Shown here piece by piece: positions 38,734-49,014 of a stretch of 64,000 nucleotides of DNA; the stretch's first letter is position 1, and the number at the start of each line of letters is the position of its first letter. The stretch covers positions 960,001 to 1,024,000 of the forward strand of contig CAVSGO010000007.1 in the NCBI GenBank assembly GCA_963727525.1, written 5' to 3'. Source of the DNA: an uncultured bacterium (GTDB lineage Bacteria > Krumholzibacteriota > Krumholzibacteriia > LZORAL124-64-63). A model generated the notes under the pieces. That model saw nothing but the letters and a program-made list of their open reading frames with translations, did no database searches and was not told where the DNA came from. The position numbers and the translations under genes were made by a program.

Positions 38734-39799
38734 GCGTCGCCCCCTCCTCGCGAATCCGGTTGATGTCGTCGGCGAGGCTCGCCATCTCGCAGGCGAAGCT
38801 GCGCCAGGGATCGGCGAGCGGGTCGTCGCACAGCTCGCCGTACACGGCGCCCGCGCGCTGATGGCGGCCGGCCAGCAAGTCGTAGTTGGCGAGCTGCAGG
38901 CGCGCCCAGCGACTGGCCCCGGGCAACGTCGACGCGGCCAGCGCCTTGTAGAGCGGCTCCGCCGCGGTCGCATCGCCCGTGAGGAAGAGCAGGTCGGGCA
39001 CAGCCACGAGGAACCACGTGCGCTGGCTCTCCGTCAGACCGTACGAGAGTCCGCCCTGGGGCAACAGCGTGCGAGCCGTGGTCAGGCTGGCCTCCCACGC
39101 GCCCAGGGCGCTCAGCGCGTAGGCCTGCCAGAACACGAGACGACCGCTGTGAGCTGTGGTGTCGGCCGCCATGGTCCGCGTGAGCAGACGCAGGTTCGCC
39201 TCGTCGCGACGCCCAAGCAGGAAGCGGTAGGCTACGATCAGCTCACTCTCCCGACCCTGGAATCGCCGGGTGCCGAGCACGTTGAGGAGGTGCTGGATCA
39301 CGGCCACGGAATCTTCCACGGCCGCGGCCGTCGCAAGCGACTCGGTGGCGATCTCGCTTGTGAAGTCGCCGTCGCTGTCGCGCGCGGCCGCATTGTCGTA
39401 CCACACGAGGGCGGAGTCGAACTCGGCCAGATGGCGGTAGTTGCGGGCCAGGTTGAGCGCGTGCAACGCGGTCATTCCCGTGGCATCGCGCAGGAGCCGC
39501 GGCTGCTTCTCGAAGGATGCGAGCGCGCGGCCGATAGCGATGAGTTGCAGGGGATCGCCCGCGGCCTCGGGGACGAACTCCTGCCCGAAGGGATAGAGCA
39601 GACGCCCCTCGTCCTGATCGGCGGCCGCTCGCGCCGCCAGGGTCTGCGTCACGGCGTGCAACCATTCGAGGTAGCCGTCGCTCTCGACGGCCGTCAGGCC
39701 GGCGCCCCGCCCGATCTGCGGCAGCGCCGCCAGTATGAGCAGCGCGAGTATGAGCCACCTATTGCGTCCTGGTGCTTGTGCGAGCCGATGCCGGTGCAA
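38705..39799 (-). CDS. Secreted TPR-like protein of unknown function
   Basis: TTG start after GGAGGGG; signal-peptide-like segment; TPR-like helices (LARNYRHLAEFDSALVWY, WQAYALSALGAWEAS). Confidence 0.7.
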   Translation of the reverse strand: MHRHRLAQAPGRNRWLILALLILAALPQIGRGAGLTAVESDGYLEWLHAVTQTLAARAAADQDEGRLLYPFGQEFVPEAAGDPLQLIAIGRALASFEKQPRLLRDATGMTALHALNLARNYRHLAEFDSALVWYDNAAARDSDGDFTSEIATESLATAAAVEDSVAVIQHLLNVLGTRRFQGRESELIVAYRFLLGRRDEANLRLLTRTMAADTTAHSGRLVFWQAYALSALGAWEASLTTARTLLPQGGLSYGLTESQRTWFLVAVPDLLFLTGDATAAEPLYKALAASTLPGASRWARLQLANYDLLAGRHQRAGAVYGELCDDPLADPWRSFACEMASLADDINRIREEGATHGTASLYQP

Positions 39800-39838
39800 T
39801 GCGTCCCCTCCCGGGATGTCTGGTTGCCGGCCGCCAGC

Positions 39839-39853
39839 GCAAACGGCGTGCCT
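39839..39853 (-). promoter_or_regulatory. sigma54 promoter for TPR-flgN-like-HK-RR-flgBC-fliEFGHIJ
   Basis: AGGCAC-GCCGT-TTGC. Confidence 0.75.
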
Positions 39854-39953
39854 GCCGAGGCGGCAACCTCGTCCGGGTACGAGTGTCGATACCGGCGGTC
39901 TCGTGCCTCGGGTACGCGGTTCAACATCCGTGGCGACAGGCAGTTGGAGCGGA

Positions 39954-39968
39954 CGGCAAGATTTGCCG
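39954..39968. promoter_or_regulatory. Putative enhancer palindrome
   Basis: CGGCAAGATTTGCCG, about 100 bp upstream of a sigma54 promoter. Confidence 0.65.
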
Positions 39969-40069
39969 GGAACGCATGGGCCCGCCCTGCCGCCGTGTCG
40001 GCGACCGGGCGGGCCATCGATGAGGTCAACCTCCACGCACCGGTGGATGGATTGTGGGCAACCCCGTGG

Positions 40070-41493
<1,424 letters not shown>

Positions 41494-41497
<4 letters not shown>

Positions 41498-43743
41498 GAC
41501 GCCTCCTCGGCTCGCGCTCGCGCGCCGGCCGTGTTCTGGCGAGGCAGCAGCACCCGCATGCGCGTGACGTCGCCGTCACGCTCCGCACGGATCTCCCCGC
41601 CGTGGGCGGTCACGACCTTCTGGCTGATCGCCAGGCCGAGACCGGTTCCGGTATTCTTGGTGGTGAAGAAGGGGCGAAACAGCGCCTCGACCGCGATGTC
41701 GCCGAAGCCCGGCCCGTCGTCCTCGACGACGATCTCCAGCCCCGCGCCCAGCCGCCGTACCCCGTCGGCACAATTGGCGAGCACGAGCTGGGGACGATCG
41801 CGAAGCCGTACGACCACGTGACCGCCGTCCGGCACCGCATCGATGGCGTTGATGACGAGATTCAGCAGCACCTGCTTGATCTGCACCGGGTCCACGTCGA
41901 TCGCCCCGGCGGCCTCGCCCTCTGCCGCGACCGCGACGTTCGCCGCCATGGCGCGCGGGCGTGCGAGGGCAATGCAGTCGCGCACCAGCCCGTCGACGTT
42001 CACCATCCGCCGCTGCGGCGCGTACGGTCGCACGAACTGGAGCATGCGCGTGATCGTCTGCTCGATGCGTTCGATCTCGGCGGTGATCACGTCGAGGTAG
42101 CGCTTGCGCGGGTCGTCCCCCGGCAGGTGCTCGGCGAGCAGTTCCGCCTGGGCGCTCAGGCCCATGAGCGGGTTGCGGATCTCGTGCGCGAGCGTGGCCG
42201 ACATCTCCACGAGACCCTCGAGTCGTTCCGCACGCAGCCGGGCCGCCTCGGCTCGGTGCGCCTCGCGCAGATCCTCAGCCACGACAAGCAACCAGCGTTC
42301 GTCGCCCCAGCGTCCCGGCATCGGCGAAGCGTGCACCTGCACGGGTACCGCCTCGCCGTCGCGGCCGACGAGGCTCCCGGTGCCCTGGAATGGCGCAGGG
42401 CTCCGGAACAGGACAGGGAACGGCACCTCCGCCATGGCATCGAGCCGGAGCCGCCGGTCGAGAAAGATCTCCGGCAGTTCCTCGCAATCCACGCCCGCGG
42501 GCTGCGCCCGCTCCTCGCCGCGCCCTCGCCCCACGGTGAAGACACCGGCCGGGTCGGCTGTCTCCACGGCGCTCGCCGCGCCCAGGAGCACTCGCGCTGC
42601 GCGGTTGACGTAGATCGTACGCCCACGTTCGTCGCAGACCCAGATGGCCGCCCGCACGGTCTCGAGGACCCGCGTGTTGAAGGCACCGATCTCGCGCAGT
42701 CGATCGAGCATCTGCGCGCCCGCCACCTCCTCCGAGAGCACCACCTGCACCATCTGCAGGAACGGCAGCAAGCTCGCCGCGCGCGCCTCCCGCTCGGTAG
42801 CGGTCGCGTAGAGCAGCAGCAGGAACCCCAGCCGCACGCCCTGGTGCTCCAGCGGCAGCGCCATGATGCGCCCCGCACCCGCCGAACCGTCCCGCGCCAC
42901 GGCGAAGATCCCTGGTGCCAGCAGGCACTCGGCCACGTCGCCGTCGACCTGGCGGTTGAGATTGAGCAGCACCTTGTCCCAGGAGCTCTCGTCCCAGCGG
43001 TACGTCTGCCGGGGCGCGTAGTCGCCGCCCGACGCGGCACGCAGGACCACGGCCGTTCCGACGGCACCCACGAACTCCGCGAGGTACTCGAGAAAGCCAC
43101 GCAACGTCGCGTCCCAGTTGCTGGCGGTGCTCAGGTCCCGCCCCAGCCGGTAGAGCAGGGAAAGCTGCGACATGTGAGTGGAGAGCCGGCTGTTGGCGTC
43201 CTCGAGATCGAGCTGCGTCTGCAGAAGCGCCTCAGCCTCGTGCGCGACCTCGTCGCGCACCCGGCGTCGCTGGGCGTGGAGGAGTTCCTGCGCCGACCTC
43301 GCCTCGCGTCGCACCGACTCCTTCGTCGCGCGCGTGGCGACCGGATCGCCGCCGCGCCGGAACAGGGCGCGCCAGGTGCCCCGGTCCGCGCGTGCGGGCA
43401 CGACGTCATGGGCTCCGGTCCGCAGGAGGGCGGCACACTGCGCGGCGGACATCTGGCCCCCCACGATCACGACGCGCACCTGGGGATGGCCTCGCCGAAG
43501 CGACCGCACCCACGCCTCGACCTCCGTCCAGTCGCCCTCCGGCGCCACGTGCGACCCGTCCACGACGACCCACGCCTCGTATGGCGCCCGGGCGCCCAGA
43601 GCACGGCGGCACGCGCGCAGGGAGGAATAGGTCGTGGGGTCGCTCCCGCGATGACCGCGCCCGCTCAGCCAATCGGCCCGGCCCACGCCGCAGGCATCGG
43701 CGGGAAGGCTGAGATCGTCGGGCAGGACGGCGCGCGGTGGCAC
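41494..43743 (-). CDS. Cytoplasmic sensor histidine kinase (REC-like, coiled coil, GAF-like, PAS, HisKA, HATPase)
   Basis: AHEIRNPL, NLVINAIDA, DDGPG, PFFTTK, GTGLGL; ATGA-coupled to the RR. Confidence 0.9.
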
Positions 43744-43791
43744 GAAGGCTCTCTCTCGGGGTGAAGACGGGCTCGCAAACGGGCGAGGCCA

Positions 43792-43820
43792 ACTGTAAGA
43801 ATTCTAGCCACTGACGGCAA
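43792..43820 (-). promoter_or_regulatory. sigma70-type promoter for the HK-RR pair
   Basis: TTGCCG-N17-TACAGT. Confidence 0.55.
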
Positions 43821-43866
43821 TCGGAAATTTGAGGTGGGACGATCGATGATGGTCGGCGTACGACGC

Positions 43867-43900
43867 AAAACACGGCACCTCTGGCGGCCGAGGTGCCGTG
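43867..43900 (-). terminator. Rho-independent terminator after flgM
   Basis: CACGGCACCTC-N8-GAGGTGCCGTG followed by TTTT on the minus strand. Confidence 0.75.
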
Positions 43901-43919
43901 CACGAACTTTTCGCGATGT

Positions 43920-44294
43920 CTAGAGGCTATCGAGGGCGTCGATGACCTTGAGGACGCGTCCCGCGACCCGTTGCCGCACCTCCGCCGATTGGTAGTAGCC
44001 CGCGGCGAGCCGTTCCCGCACCTGGGCCAGTCGCTCGTGCCGCACGTCGGGAGTGCTGGCGATGACCTCGCGGCCGGTGTCGACGGCCGCGCGCAGATCG
44101 ACAAGGACGCGCGCGTTCGACGAGATCACGGCGTGGTCCCCGGGATTCGCGCCCACCGAGGCCGGATCCACCGCCGACGTGTTCATGGCAGCGCCGTTCT
44201 TCTGGCCGATGCCCTTCTGCCCGATATTCTGCGGATAGCAGTCCCCCGGGCGGGGCTGGACGGTATGATTCGTATCGAGTCTCTGCATCGCCAT
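43920..44294 (-). CDS. flgM: Anti-sigma28 factor FlgM-like
   Basis: D.AVISS.A and PDVRHERLAQVRERLAAGYY match the FlgM C-terminus; RBS GAGAGG. Confidence 0.8.
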   Translation of the reverse strand: MAMQRLDTNHTVQPRPGDCYPQNIGQKGIGQKNGAAMNTSAVDPASVGANPGDHAVISSNARVLVDLRAAVDTGREVIASTPDVRHERLAQVRERLAAGYYQSAEVRQRVAGRVLKVIDALDSL

Positions 44295-44553
44295 CGGGTC
44301 CAACCTCTCGCTCGGGTCGCGCCGCCACGCCAGGGTCGTGGCCTTCGGTCGTCAGACTAGCAAGCGCGGGACCCGTTCGCAATGGCGCTCCCGCTCGAGC
44401 TCGCCCGCCGCTACGCTTACCGCAAATCACTTCAAGTCGTTGTGCCAGAGCAGGTTATTACTCAAGACGCGAAGCCGCTCGACTTTTCGGGTGCCAGCGC
44501 ACCGCTGATCGCCCGCGTCGGTCGCGGTCAGCCTGCAACCACGGCTGATCAGG

Positions 44554-44581
44554 TTATCGACACCGAACGCGAGGATCTTGA
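44554..44581 (-). promoter_or_regulatory. sigma28 promoter upstream of flgM
   Basis: TCAA-N16-GTCGATAA. Confidence 0.7.
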
Positions 44582-44590
44582 GGGCGACTG

Positions 44591-45727
44591 TCACCCCGCG
44601 CGCCCGGCGGCGGCGGTGCGGGCGTGCCGATCGAGGCGCCGGGCCAGGGCTCCCATATCCTCCCAGTGCGGATAAAGACGCGCGAGCCTGCGCACGATCT
44701 CCGCCGCCGCATCGAGGCGCCCCGTCCTGGCCAGGCAACGCAACTCCTCCTTGGCCAGCAAGGGGTCGTCGCCGAAGCGGGCCCGCGCCCTCGCGAGCAC
44801 GTGTTCCATCGCGTCCCACCGTTCGAGATCGGCCAGGGCGCGCAGCCACTCGACCCAGCAGAAGATCAGGCGTGCGTCAGCAACCACCGCGCCGGCGAGC
44901 AGGTCGGCGGCGCGCGCGGGCTCACCGCTCTCCCGCAGCAGACGCCCGAGAAGGAAACGCGCCTGGGTCACGCTGCTGTCGGTGTCGCGACTCGCCGCCA
45001 CCCGCTCTAGGAGGGGAACGGCCGCTCTCGTGCTGCCGTCCTCGATCCTCACCACGGCGAGTTCGAGGAGTGCCCCGGGATCGTCCGGGGTATCGGCCAC
45101 CTTGCGTTCCACCAGGGCGCGATAGACCCGGCGGCGCTCGTGATTGCGTGCGGAGCCCTTCACGAAGCCGTAGTGGTGCACGGGCACATCGAGCACGTCG
45201 TACGGCACACCGGCACGGGTCGCGGACGGCAGGATCGACTCGTGGACCCGCCCCGTGAAACGCAGATCGTCCCGACGCGGAAAGAGGCCGGCGCGATTCG
45301 CGAGAAAGTAACCTGTTTGACCGGCCTCCTCGCGAGGGTAGCGGCCGCTCACCGGTCGCCATTGCGGATGGCGCATGTCGGCGCAGTAGTTCACGGTGGG
45401 TTGCACGCGCACCCGCGACGGGTCCGTGAGCGCCGCGCGCACGCGCGGGAAGTCCCGCGGCGCCACGACCTCGTCGGTGTCGAGGATGACGATCCAGTCG
45501 GTGCGGGCGGCGGCGAGTCCGGCATTGCGCGCTGCGGCAAAATCGTCGCACCAGGGGAACGCTACCACGTCGGCGCCGGCCTGTGCGGCGATCGCGGCCG
45601 TGGTGTCGCGGCTGCCGGTATCCACCACGGTGACCGCATCCACGAGAGGGCGATGATGCTCCAGGAACGCCGCCAGCGTCCCGGCAACGTCCTTCGCGAT
45701 CACCACCAGTCCGAGCGTCGTCGCCAC
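44591..45727 (-). CDS. GT2 glycosyltransferase with C-terminal TPRs (probable flagellin glycosyltransferase)
   Basis: VVDTGSRDTT, WCDDFAAARN, LDTDE, F.GRVHE, HHYG; GTG after AAGGAGG. Confidence 0.88.
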   Translation of the reverse strand: MATTLGLVVIAKDVAGTLAAFLEHHRPLVDAVTVVDTGSRDTTAAIAAQAGADVVAFPWCDDFAAARNAGLAAARTDWIVILDTDEVVAPRDFPRVRAALTDPSRVRVQPTVNYCADMRHPQWRPVSGRYPREEAGQTGYFLANRAGLFPRRDDLRFTGRVHESILPSATRAGVPYDVLDVPVHHYGFVKGSARNHERRRVYRALVERKVADTPDDPGALLELAVVRIEDGSTRAAVPLLERVAASRDTDSSVTQARFLLGRLLRESGEPARAADLLAGAVVADARLIFCWVEWLRALADLERWDAMEHVLARARARFGDDPLLAKEELRCLARTGRLDAAAEIVRRLARLYPHWEDMGALARRLDRHARTAAAGRAG

Positions 45728-45738
45728 CCCTGCCTCCT

Positions 45739-46719
45739 TCAGACCGAATCGAAGCCCCAGACCGCCAACCTCAACGGGCCAAACACCACCTCGCCCGCCG
45801 GCGTCACCCGACCGAGCCAGGCGCGCACGTCGTCCGTGTCGGCAGGCGCCTGTCCAGGCGCCACGGCGTGCGCGAGGCCGGAAGGATCGAGCAAGGCCCA
45901 CAGTCCGCTGGTCATGGCGCTCCACACCGCGCCGCGCGGCGCCAGAAGCGCGAGCAAGTCTTCCCCGCCTTGCGGCACGAGCACCGAGCGAGCCCAGCCG
46001 CGTGCCACCATCGCTGCCAGGACGGCCGCCGCGAGGGGCGGCGCGCCGCCCCACTCGGCAACGTATTGCGGGAAATCGTCGCCCTTGCCGGCGAAGGCAT
46101 ACGCGCGAATATCGCCGGAGCGATCCGCAAGGACGAGGCCATGCGTGCCCGGCATGGCGTAGAGCGCGGCATGGTCCGCGTCATGGCGCCGCATACGCAG
46201 GGGATGCTGCGCGTAGAGCGTAGCCACGGCGGGCGTGTCGGCCGCCGTGAACGGCCGGATGGCGTCTCCCTCCGGCAGGAAATCGTCCAGCGCGGCCGCG
46301 CGCAGATCGGCGTGGTATTCCCAGCCGGCCGCCACGAATCCGCGGCCGGCGTACACCTCCGGGCGATCGCTCCACAGGACGGCGAGGGGGACGCCCGCGT
46401 GTCGCAGCTCGGCCAGGCAAGCATCCTGGAGCCGCCGGCTCAGGCCCTGGCCGCGCTGGTCGTCGCGCGTGACCACCGAACCGATGCCGGCCACCGGCAA
46501 ATCTTGCCGACCCGTCGTCGCATTGCGCACGAGCCAGACCAGTCCGCCAAGCAACGCGGCGCCGTCCCAACAACCGAGCATTCCGGCGCGGTTATCCGGG
46601 CCGAGAGCCACGGGGAAGTCGTCCATGACACGTGTTGCGCTGCCTTGAGGACGCATCCCTGCGTCGAGAAACGCCACGAAATCAGGGTGCTCCGCGAGGG
46701 TGGGCGGGCGAATCTCCAT
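45739..46719 (-). CDS. GNAT family N-acetyltransferase (Eis-like tandem GNAT)
   Basis: IGSVVTRDDQRGQGLS acetyl-CoA motif, LWS...Y...GF. Confidence 0.85.
   Translation of the reverse strand: MEIRPPTLAEHPDFVAFLDAGMRPQGSATRVMDDFPVALGPDNRAGMLGCWDGAALLGGLVWLVRNATTGRQDLPVAGIGSVVTRDDQRGQGLSRRLQDACLAELRHAGVPLAVLWSDRPEVYAGRGFVAAGWEYHADLRAAALDDFLPEGDAIRPFTAADTPAVATLYAQHPLRMRRHDADHAALYAMPGTHGLVLADRSGDIRAYAFAGKGDDFPQYVAEWGGAPPLAAAVLAAMVARGWARSVLVPQGGEDLLALLAPRGAVWSAMTSGLWALLDPSGLAHAVAPGQAPADTDDVRAWLGRVTPAGEVVFGPLRLAVWGFDSV
46495..46509. promoter_or_regulatory. Putative enhancer palindrome inside the GNAT gene
   Basis: CGGCAAATCTTGCCG, exact reverse complement of the 39954 site. Confidence 0.6.
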
Positions 46720-46732
46720 GCTTCGTCCCATC

Positions 46733-46748
46733 TGGCGTGCAAGTTGCA
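46733..46748 (+). promoter_or_regulatory. sigma54 promoter for fliC1
   Basis: TGGCGT-GCAAG-TTGCA. Confidence 0.75.
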
Positions 46749-46935
46749 ATGGCCCGACAAGCCTGGCTCGCAATGTGCGACGAGCGCCCACGGCGATCGT
46801 CAGCGAGCATCGTCTGAAGGAGCGGACGAGCCAACAGTACCGGCAAGCGGCGATCACGGGCAAGCCGCAAGTTGCGTGAAATCACGTTGGCCGGCCGACC
46901 GTACAGCGGCGGCCTCGACAATGGAGGAGATCGGG

Positions 46936-47775
46936 ATGGGTCTGCGCGTCAATACCAACGTCGCTTCGCTCAATGCGCAGCGGCACCTCTACAACACGAC
47001 GATGAACTTCAACAGGTCGATGGAGCGGTTGAGTTCCGGACTGCGGATCAACCGCTCTGGCGACGACGCGGCGGGACTCGCCATCAGCGAGGGCCTCAAG
47101 AGCGACATCCGCGCCCTCGACCAGGCCAGCCGCAATGCGGCCGACGGCATCTCTCTCGTGCAGACCGCGGAGGGCGCACTGGACGAGGTCAACAACATCC
47201 TGCTGCGCCTGCGCGAACTGGCGGAACAGGCGGCCACCGAGACGCTGGGCGCCACCGAGCGCAACTACCTGGACGGGGAGTTCCAGGAGCTGCTCGGCGA
47301 GATCGACCGCATCAGCGTGACGGCCGAATTCAACGGCATCCGCCTGCTCGACGGCAGCGCCGACGTGCTCGACGTGCAGGTCGGTATCGGCACCGATGCC
47401 ACCACCAGCGCCGTGTCCATCGATCTCAGCCAGCCGATGAACACGACGCAGCTCTCGCTGAACGGCACCACGATCGCCGGCACCGACGGAACCGTGGCGC
47501 GTGCCCTGATCGGCACTATCGAGGCGGCCACGGGCACCGTGAGCCAGCTGCGCGCAAGCTTCGGCGCGGCCCAGAACCGTCTCGAGACATCGATCCGCAA
47601 CATCGGCATGACCGTGGAGAATCTCAGCGCGGCGAACAGCCGCATCCGCGATGTCGACGTGGCTGTGGAGACCTCGAACATGACGTCGCTGCAGATCCTG
47701 CAGCAGGCCGGCGTGTCGATCCTCTCCCAGGCCAACATGACGTCGTCGCTCGCCCTGAAACTCCTCCAGGGCTAG
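46936..47775 (+). CDS. fliC: Flagellin 1 (279 aa)
   Basis: RVNTNVAS, RLSSGLRIN, DDAAGLAISE, GAAQNRL, SRIRDVD, QAN. Confidence 0.97.
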   Translation: MGLRVNTNVASLNAQRHLYNTTMNFNRSMERLSSGLRINRSGDDAAGLAISEGLKSDIRALDQASRNAADGISLVQTAEGALDEVNNILLRLRELAEQAATETLGATERNYLDGEFQELLGEIDRISVTAEFNGIRLLDGSADVLDVQVGIGTDATTSAVSIDLSQPMNTTQLSLNGTTIAGTDGTVARALIGTIEAATGTVSQLRASFGAAQNRLETSIRNIGMTVENLSAANSRIRDVDVAVETSNMTSLQILQQAGVSILSQANMTSSLALKLLQG

Positions 47776-47804
47776 ACGCGGCCGCGCAGACTCCGCCCGT
47801 GATA

Positions 47805-47834
47805 CGAGGGCGCGCCAACCCCGGCGCGCCCTCG
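47805..47834 (+). terminator. Hairpin after fliC1
   Basis: CGAGGGCGCGCC-N6-GGCGCGCCCTCG. Confidence 0.7.
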
Positions 47835-47855
47835 CCCCGCCCCAGGAGATTCCTC

Positions 47856-47882
47856 TCAAGTTCGCCGCCGCTACGTCGATCA
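47856..47882 (+). promoter_or_regulatory. sigma28 promoter for fliC2
   Basis: TCAA-N15-GTCGATCA. Confidence 0.7.
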
Positions 47883-47971
47883 TCTGCGCGTCACGTGTTA
47901 TCCACGGACGGATGACGTGCGAGCCTCGGACGTCCTCGTCCCGCCAAGCAGAGTCTTCAAGGAGGAAGATC

Positions 47972-48799
47972 ATGGGTATCCGCATCAACACCAACATCTC
48001 GTCGATCAACGCGCAGCGGCACCTGTATAACGCCAGCGTCGACTTCAACAAGTCCATGGAGAAGCTGTCCAGCGGCCTGCGCATCAACCGCGCCAGCGAT
48101 GATGCCGCCGGTCTGGCCATCTCCGAGGGCTTGAAGAGCGACATCCGTGCGCTCGACCAGGCCAGCCGCAATGCTGCCGACGGCGTGTCCCTTGCGCAGA
48201 CCGCCGAGGGTGCGCTGGACGAGGTCAGCAACATCCTGCTGCGCATGAAGGAGCTGACGGAGCAGAGCCTGAACGGCACGCTGGGCGATTCGGAGCGGGG
48301 CTACCTCGATTCCGAGTACACCGCGCTGCAGGGCGAGATCGACCGCATCGCGCAGTCGACCGAGTTCAACGGCATCCACCTGCTCGACGCCACCGGCACC
48401 AACGTGAACATCCAGGTCGGTATCGGCACCCAAACATACGACTCGATCGCCATCGACCTGAGCACCAACCGTGACAGTGCGAACCTCGGCGTCAGCACCG
48501 CCATCGACACGGCCGGCAATGCCGCAACGGCGATGGGCGAGATCGACACGGCCATCGACACCGTGAGCTCCGCGCGCGCCGACTTCGGTGCGATCCAGAA
48601 CCGTCTGGAAAGCTCGATCCGCAACATCGCGAACACATCGGAGAACCTGAACGCTGCCAACAGCCGTATCCGCGACGTCGACGTGGCGTCCGAATCGGCC
48701 AAGATGATCAGTTCCCAGATCCTGCAGCAGGCTGGTGTGTCCATCCTGGCGCAGGCCAACACCGTTCCGAGCCTGGCGATGACGCTGCTGCGCGGTTAG
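47972..48799 (+). CDS. fliC: Flagellin 2 (275 aa)
   Basis: Flagellin N- and C-terminal motifs; RBS AGGAGG. Confidence 0.97.
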   Translation: MGIRINTNISSINAQRHLYNASVDFNKSMEKLSSGLRINRASDDAAGLAISEGLKSDIRALDQASRNAADGVSLAQTAEGALDEVSNILLRMKELTEQSLNGTLGDSERGYLDSEYTALQGEIDRIAQSTEFNGIHLLDATGTNVNIQVGIGTQTYDSIAIDLSTNRDSANLGVSTAIDTAGNAATAMGEIDTAIDTVSSARADFGAIQNRLESSIRNIANTSENLNAANSRIRDVDVASESAKMISSQILQQAGVSILAQANTVPSLAMTLLRG

Positions 48800-48830
48800 C
48801 CGCGTCGGGCGACACGAGGGTGACGGTCCA

Positions 48831-48858
48831 AGGGCCCGGCGCAAGTCGGGCCCTCTTC
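48831..48858 (+). terminator. Terminator after fliC2
   Basis: AGGGCCCGGC-GCAA-GTCGGGCCCT followed by CTTC. Confidence 0.7.
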
Positions 48859-48897
48859 GCGCCCGCGGCTAGAGCCATAAGCGCAAATATAATTCCC

Positions 48898-48924
48898 TAA
48901 AGTCAAAACTAATGATGCCGACAA
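48898..48924 (+). promoter_or_regulatory. sigma28 promoter for fliC3
   Basis: TAAA-N15-GCCGACAA with an AT-rich upstream tract. Confidence 0.85.
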
Positions 48925-49014
48925 TATTCCTAGATGACCTCAAATTCATCCGGCGTCGCCCCGCCCCATGAATCCGCGGTCGCAAGACAGGAATCTCGTT
49001 CAGGGAGGACGAAC

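Noticed and set aside
44430-44447. sigma54 box TGGCAC-N6-TTGA (also TTGGCC...TTTGC at about 43773-43792)
   Set aside because: Spacing violates the strict GG-N10-GC rule
44420-44485. c-di-GMP-I riboswitch (GCAAA...GACGCGAAGCC)
   Set aside because: Wrong strand for flgM, and no GNRA-capped P2 stem
45868-46935. 635-aa flagellin with a long N-terminal extension
   Set aside because: The extension is antisense to the GNAT gene; RBS and ATG are at 46936
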